Source: Poseidonibacter antarcticus (GTDB lineage: Bacteria > Campylobacterota > Campylobacteria > Campylobacterales > Arcobacteraceae). Taken from it: DNA of 32,000 bases. Positions within the stretch are counted from its first letter, which is position 1. The number at the start of each line of letters is the position of its first letter. The position numbers and the translations under genes were made by a program. Below the pieces are notes generated by a model. It was given only the letters and a program-made list of their open reading frames with translations, was not told the DNA's origin and did no database searches. Shown in pieces: positions 27,197-32,000 of the stretch. Location: positions 17,951-49,950 of the forward strand of contig NZ_RCWF01000011.1 in NCBI RefSeq assembly GCF_003667345.1. The letters are read 5' to 3'.

Positions 27197-28906
27197 TTGT
27201 CACAAAATAAAAATACTTCTGAACTCAAAAGCGTACTCAAACAATCTAAAAAATTATTCTTTACTATAGGCTTATTTAGTTTTTTAATTAATATACTTAT
27301 GTTAGTACCTCCCATTTATATGCTTCAAATATACGATAGAGTTCTTTCAAGTAAGAGTAAAGATACACTTTTCATGTTAACACTTATTGTTGTAGTATTA
27401 TTTATTACAATGGCTTTATTAGAAATTATTAGATCAAAAATATTAATAAAAATTGGTAATAGAATTGATAATAATTTAAGTAATAGAATATTTGATTCTC
27501 TATTTCAATTAGAAAAAGTAAATCCTAATAAGGCTAGTTCTTCATATATAAGTAATTTAACTCAAATGAGACAATTTTTAACAGGTAGTGGTGTATTTGC
27601 ATTTTTTGATGCCCCATGGATTACAATTTATTTATTAATTCTTTTTTTATTCCATCCTATGTTCGGATATTTCGCACTATTTACAATATTTATTTTATTA
27701 ATAATCACCTTAGTAAATGAAATTACTACAAAACAAAAAATAAATATAGCAACAGTAGATAATCTTTCTTCAAATAATTATCTAGATTCTTCTTTAAAAA
27801 ATGCAGATGTTGTCAATACAATGGGAATGAAAAAAGATATTAAATACATATGGCAAAAAAAATATTATAGTTTTTTAAGAGCACAAAATGATGCAAGTGA
27901 TAGTGCTAGTGTTTGGACTAATCTTTCAAAAAATTTTAGATTATTAGCTCAATCTTTAATCCTAGGACTAGGTGCTTATCTTGCAATTGATCAAGAAATA
28001 ACTCCAGGTATGATGATAGCAGCATCTATAATATTAGGAAGAACCTTAGCACCACTTGATTTAATCATATCAAGTTGGAGACACTTTATTACTTATCGTT
28101 CTAGTTATAAAAGAATTGAATCTTTATTGCATGACTTTCCAAAAAAAGAGCAATTGACATCAATTCCTATTACAAAAGCAGAACTATTATTAGAAAATAT
28201 GGTACTTACTCCTCCTTTAGGTGATGCCCCAACAATAAAAGGTATATCTTTACAAATTAATGAAGGTGATGTTGTTGCAATTATTGGTAATAGTGGAGCA
28301 GGAAAATCAACTTTAGTAAAAGGTATTCTTGATATATGGCCTATTTCTGAAGGTAAAGTTAAAATTGATAATATAGATATACAATTATTAAATAAAGAAG
28401 AAATTGGCTCAAGTATTGGGTATCTTCCACAAGATATAGAACTTTTTGAAGGTACAATTAGTCAAAATATTTCAAGATTTAAAGAATTAAATTCTGATAA
28501 AGTTATTAAAGCAGCAAAAATTGCTGGTGTCCATGAAATGATAGTAAAATTTCCAAAAGGCTATGATAGTAGTATTGGAAGTGGAGGAACTAAACTTTCA
28601 GGAGGACAAAGACAAAGAATAGGTCTTGCTAGAGCAATTTATAATAATCCACGATTAATTATTTTAGATGAACCAAACTCAAATCTAGATAAAGCAGGAG
28701 AAGAAGCTTTGCTTAATTGTATAAAAGTTTTAAAAGAAAATTTAACAACTGTTTTAATAATTACACATAAAGAAAATATTTTAGAAATTACTAATAAAAT
28801 AGCAATACTTGAAGATGGGACATTAAAAGAATTTAATGAAACAAATATAATATTAAATAATATAGATTTTTTTAATTTAGATGATGGCAACAATGAAAGA
28901 AGTTAA
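27197..28906 (+). CDS. type I secretion system permease/ATPase (PrtD/HasD class, no C39 or CLD N-domain)
   Basis: TTG start. The N-terminus goes straight into the TM region (FSFLINILMLVPPIYMLQIYDRVL). Walker A GNSGAGKST, signature LSGGQRQRIGLARA, Walker B LIILDEPNSNLD. Confidence 0.9.
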   Translation: MSQNKNTSELKSVLKQSKKLFFTIGLFSFLINILMLVPPIYMLQIYDRVLSSKSKDTLFMLTLIVVVLFITMALLEIIRSKILIKIGNRIDNNLSNRIFDSLFQLEKVNPNKASSSYISNLTQMRQFLTGSGVFAFFDAPWITIYLLILFLFHPMFGYFALFTIFILLIITLVNEITTKQKINIATVDNLSSNNYLDSSLKNADVVNTMGMKKDIKYIWQKKYYSFLRAQNDASDSASVWTNLSKNFRLLAQSLILGLGAYLAIDQEITPGMMIAASIILGRTLAPLDLIISSWRHFITYRSSYKRIESLLHDFPKKEQLTSIPITKAELLLENMVLTPPLGDAPTIKGISLQINEGDVVAIIGNSGAGKSTLVKGILDIWPISEGKVKIDNIDIQLLNKEEIGSSIGYLPQDIELFEGTISQNISRFKELNSDKVIKAAKIAGVHEMIVKFPKGYDSSIGSGGTKLSGGQRQRIGLARAIYNNPRLIILDEPNSNLDKAGEEALLNCIKVLKENLTTVLIITHKENILEITNKIAILEDGTLKEFNETNIILNNIDFFNLDDGNNERS

Positions 28907-30185
28907 TAAAGCACCAGATGAGAATGCATCAAAAATAGTTAGATTTGGATTTACTCTTATATTAATTGTTTTTATTTTTTTAGGGGGTTGGATGTCTTAT
29001 GCACCTCTTGCCATCCATTCTGTAGCAATGGGAAAAGTTTCTGCTGATTATAATAAAAAAAGAATTCAACATTTAGAAAGTGGTATTATAAAAAAAATTT
29101 ATGTAAAAGATGGTGATTTAGTAGAAAAAGGACAAATACTTATACAACTTGATGATACACAAATAAAAGCTAAAATTGAATCATTAAAATTTCAATATGA
29201 AAGTATGCTAGCTTTACAATCAAGACTTTTTGCTCAAAAAAATAATAAAAAAGAACTTGTTTTAAATGAAGAAGTTAAGAATAAAAATATTATTAAAGAG
29301 CAAAAATACCTTTTTAAAACTATTACAGAGTCAATTAAAGAAAATAAAAAAGTTATTTCTAAACAAATTTTACAACTCAAAAATCAAATTGCAGGTTTAA
29401 ATTCTACATTAAAAAGTAAAAAATATATGCAAGTATCCATAACAGAAGAGATACGTGAACTTGAAAAATTATATGCAAAAAGATTAATTAACAAGATTAA
29501 TTTAAGAAAATTACAAAGAGAAGAGTCATCATTATTAGGTGAAATCATAAATATTGAAGAAGAAAAAACTAGACTAAAAGAAAAAATAAATGAGTTAAAA
29601 ACTAAAAATGTATTAATTGAAAAAGATTATAAAAAAGATACATTAAAAGAATTAACGACAATATCTCCAAAAATTTCTGAAGTAAGATTAAAAATTGATG
29701 CCCTAGAGGATACCCTAAATAAAACAACTATTTATTCTCCTGCAGATGGGCATATTGTAGGACTTACAAATTATACTCAAGATTCTATAATTAAAGCAGG
29801 TTCAGATATATTAGAAGTAGTTCCAAATGATTCAAATCTTATAATTCTTGCTCAAATAAAATCTACAGATATAGATAAAATTCGAACAGGTTTAACTGCA
29901 AGTATAAAATTCTCAGCATATAATACTCAAAAATCACATTCTATAGATGGAGAAATCACTTATGTTTCTGCTGATAGTTTTATTGACTCAAATACAAATG
30001 AATCTTTTTATGAAGTAAAAGCTAAATTAAGTAAAAAAGGTATTGAACAAATTAAATCTTATAATTTTAATTTAGTAGCTGGTATGCCAGCTGAAATGAT
30101 GATAAAAACAGGAGAAAGAACTGTATTAAGTTATATGCTTAAGCCTCTATTAGATAGGTTTAACAGGAGTTTTAATGAAGAATAA
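28881..30185 (+). CDS. HlyD-family type I secretion membrane fusion protein
   Basis: N-terminal TM, GKVSADYNKKRIQHLESGIIKKIYVKDGDLVEKGQILIQLDD lipoyl-like block, long coiled coil, C-terminal beta-barrel (PADGHIVGL...GMPAEMMIKTGERTVLSYMLKPL). Overlaps the ABC gene; the start could be 28893. Confidence 0.88.
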   Translation: MMATMKEVNKAPDENASKIVRFGFTLILIVFIFLGGWMSYAPLAIHSVAMGKVSADYNKKRIQHLESGIIKKIYVKDGDLVEKGQILIQLDDTQIKAKIESLKFQYESMLALQSRLFAQKNNKKELVLNEEVKNKNIIKEQKYLFKTITESIKENKKVISKQILQLKNQIAGLNSTLKSKKYMQVSITEEIRELEKLYAKRLINKINLRKLQREESSLLGEIINIEEEKTRLKEKINELKTKNVLIEKDYKKDTLKELTTISPKISEVRLKIDALEDTLNKTTIYSPADGHIVGLTNYTQDSIIKAGSDILEVVPNDSNLIILAQIKSTDIDKIRTGLTASIKFSAYNTQKSHSIDGEITYVSADSFIDSNTNESFYEVKAKLSKKGIEQIKSYNFNLVAGMPAEMMIKTGERTVLSYMLKPLLDRFNRSFNEE

Positions 30186-31497
30186 TTTTTTAATTTTATT
30201 CTCAATTTTTTTTATTCATTTAAACTTATATAGTAGCGAAACTTTAACTTTTTCTAAAGCATATAGCCTTTCTTTAAAAAATTCTGAAAAAGTAAAGTCT
30301 TTAGATTATAAATTAAAAGCAAGTTATGAAAATATTGTTCAAGCTAAATCGAAAAGATATCCTGAAATAAATCTTTATTCATCATATACTCAAAATGATT
30401 ATAAATTTGTAAATAAATCAATTAAACAAATGAAACAAAAAGTTAGAGATTATAGTGTTATATTACAACAACCTATTTTTGACAAAACAATTAATTCTCA
30501 AGTAAAGGTTGAAAACTCCAAATTCAAATCCCTTAATGCTGAAATAAAGGGAATGAAACAAGATTTGGCAAATGATATATTAAAAATTTACCTTTCACTA
30601 ATTGAATCTAAAAATAAAATAAAAATGTTATTGCTTTATAAACAAAACCTTAAATACAAAATAGATTTATTAGAAGAACAATATTCAATGAATTTATCTA
30701 CTCAAACTGAAGTTTTAGAAATAAAAATTGAATTAAATCAAGTAAATGTAGATTTAGAGAAAGAAAAACTTTTATATAAAGTAAATAAAAAAAAATTACA
30801 AACTTTAATGGGTGATAATCGAAATTTTAGAGTTCCTGATTTAAATAATTTAGAATATATATCAAATAATTTAGTAAAATTAAAAAAAATAGTAAATACA
30901 AACAATGAAATTTATTCAAATTTACAAATAAAAAAATTAATGAATATTGTTAAAATGTATAAATATCAAGTCAAGAGAAATAGATACAACCATTTACCAA
31001 AAATTAATTTAAGTCTAGAATATACAAAAAATGTTGCTGTAGATAATAATTTAAGTTTTGATTCTTCATTTGATGAAGATAAAGAAATAGGTTTAAATAT
31101 TGTTATACCCCTATTTAAAGGTGGTTATTATGATTCTTTAACAACTGCTTCAAAATTAAATGTAAAAGCATCACAAAAAGAATTAAATAGTTTAATAAAT
31201 CAATTAAAATCAGAATATAAAGAAAATAAAACAACATTATTATGGACTATTAAATCAGTAAAATTATATACAGAATCTTTAGAAACAGCTATTTTATCAA
31301 AAGATAGTATTCAAAAAGAATATAAATATGGTGTAAAGAGTATAATAGATTTATATGATGCAAAATATAAAATATTTAAAATAAAAGAGGAATATATTAA
31401 AAATATATTTACTTTAGTAGACACATATTTATCATTATTAATCCTAACAAATAATTTTGAAGATCTAAAATCTATAGATCTAATCTTAAAAGATTAA
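30175..31497 (+). CDS. TolC-family outer membrane channel
   Basis: Signal peptide, two OEP repeats (LTFSKAYSLSLKNSEKVKSL..., ...IIDLYDAKYKIFKIKEEYI); CAGGAG RBS; overlaps the HlyD gene by 11 nt. Confidence 0.8.
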   Translation: MKNNFLILFSIFFIHLNLYSSETLTFSKAYSLSLKNSEKVKSLDYKLKASYENIVQAKSKRYPEINLYSSYTQNDYKFVNKSIKQMKQKVRDYSVILQQPIFDKTINSQVKVENSKFKSLNAEIKGMKQDLANDILKIYLSLIESKNKIKMLLLYKQNLKYKIDLLEEQYSMNLSTQTEVLEIKIELNQVNVDLEKEKLLYKVNKKKLQTLMGDNRNFRVPDLNNLEYISNNLVKLKKIVNTNNEIYSNLQIKKLMNIVKMYKYQVKRNRYNHLPKINLSLEYTKNVAVDNNLSFDSSFDEDKEIGLNIVIPLFKGGYYDSLTTASKLNVKASQKELNSLINQLKSEYKENKTTLLWTIKSVKLYTESLETAILSKDSIQKEYKYGVKSIIDLYDAKYKIFKIKEEYIKNIFTLVDTYLSLLILTNNFEDLKSIDLILKD

Positions 31498-31514
31498 ATC
31501 AATTAAAAACTAGC

Positions 31515-31546
31515 TTATATCTAAATTTATAATTAATTAGATATAA
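31515..31546. repeat. perfect 10-bp inverted repeat between the TolC-like gene and dnaA
   Basis: TTATATCTAA-(12 nt)-TTAGATATAA; the right arm overlaps a TATAAT at 31542-31547 that could be the dnaA -10. Confidence 0.5.
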
Positions 31547-31582
31547 TATTTACTATTTATAAATAAAAAGAGTTAATAGTAT

Positions 31583-32000
31583 ATGACAAGTAAAGATTTC
31601 CTAACAATTATTCAAAAAGAGGCTACATCTATTGATTTCGATAGATATCTAAAGCAACTTGTGTATAAAAAGATATCATCTGATAATAATATTGCTATTT
31701 TTGAAGTTTCAAATAAATATATTGCTTCATGGATTAAAAGTAAGTATACAGGTGTAATACAACACTGTTTTGAAATATATGATGGAACAAAACCGACAAT
31801 TGAGATAAAAATTGCTGGTGAAAAAAAATCAAAAAGAGAGATTATTAAAGAACAAATTGAAAATAAAACTGCAGAAAGTACAATATTAAATCCATCATAT
31901 ACATTTGATTCATTTATTGTTGGACCTTCTAATCAAATGGCCTATAATGCCTCATTAGCAGTATCTAATAAACCAGGAATTCAATATAATCCTTTATTTA
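31583..32000 (+). CDS. dnaA: chromosomal replication initiator DnaA, N-terminal part (runs off the window)
   Basis: My translation from ATG 31583 is [26 protein letters not shown]...[37 protein letters not shown], the domain I/II and start of the AAA+ domain signature (YTFDxFVxGxSN...YNPLF). Confidence 0.9.
   Translation, partial: MTSKDFLTIIQKEATSIDFDRYLKQLVYKKISSDNNIAIFEVSNKYIASWIKSKYTGVIQHCFEIYDGTKPTIEIKIAGEKKSKREIIKEQIENKTAESTILNPSYTFDSFIVGPSNQMAYNASLAVSNKPGIQYNPLF

Noticed and set aside
1-32000. CRISPR arrays, IS elements, integrases, prophage genes, rRNA/tRNA genes
   Set aside because: I saw no regularly spaced direct repeats, no transposase/integrase-like ORFs and no tRNA/rRNA-like GC-rich structured segments anywhere in the window. 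The T1SS cassette has no recognisable mobility gene.

Overview
AT-rich chromosomal window that looks like a Campylobacterota (Arcobacter-like) genome, judged from protein motifs and gene order only. It is origin-proximal: ruvC, a dense DnaA-box cluster and the 5' end of dnaA all lie at the right-hand end. Left to right it contains small accessory genes (NIF3-like, ArsI/CadI, DUF2237, an orphan RHH antitoxin, and a cupin/HI0933-flavoprotein/DUF2971 operon). Next is a long sulfur-assimilation operon (metY, Rrf2 regulator, cysK, DUF2061, APS-reductase-type cysH, cysD, cysN, a short sulfite-reductase-like gene, a class V PLP enzyme). A 625-bp non-coding gap follows, then typA. After that come an SHP/DHC/cytochrome b haem operon with an LTXXQ periplasmic protein and an OmpR/HAMP two-component system, yeeE/tusA-like sulfur transport genes, glsA, a TRIC channel, purN, an EamA transporter and ruvC. 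The most unusual content has two parts. (1) A 79-aa glycine/leucine-rich peptide gene with no cationic residues has its own promoter and terminator. A complete C39-less type I secretion system (ABC, HlyD, TolC) follows it, and the whole cassette sits between the ruvC-proximal DnaA-box cluster and dnaA. (2) The 13.8-14.4 kb gap holds a 31-codon hydrophobic ORF with a strong SD caught in an SD/anti-SD/SD triple repeat. A convergent, highly structured CU-rich candidate sRNA faces it, giving a type I toxin-antitoxin-like architecture. A 1-nt frameshift also splits a cytochrome b-DHC fusion gene. All calls rest on reading the sequence and ORF translations; no database search was run.
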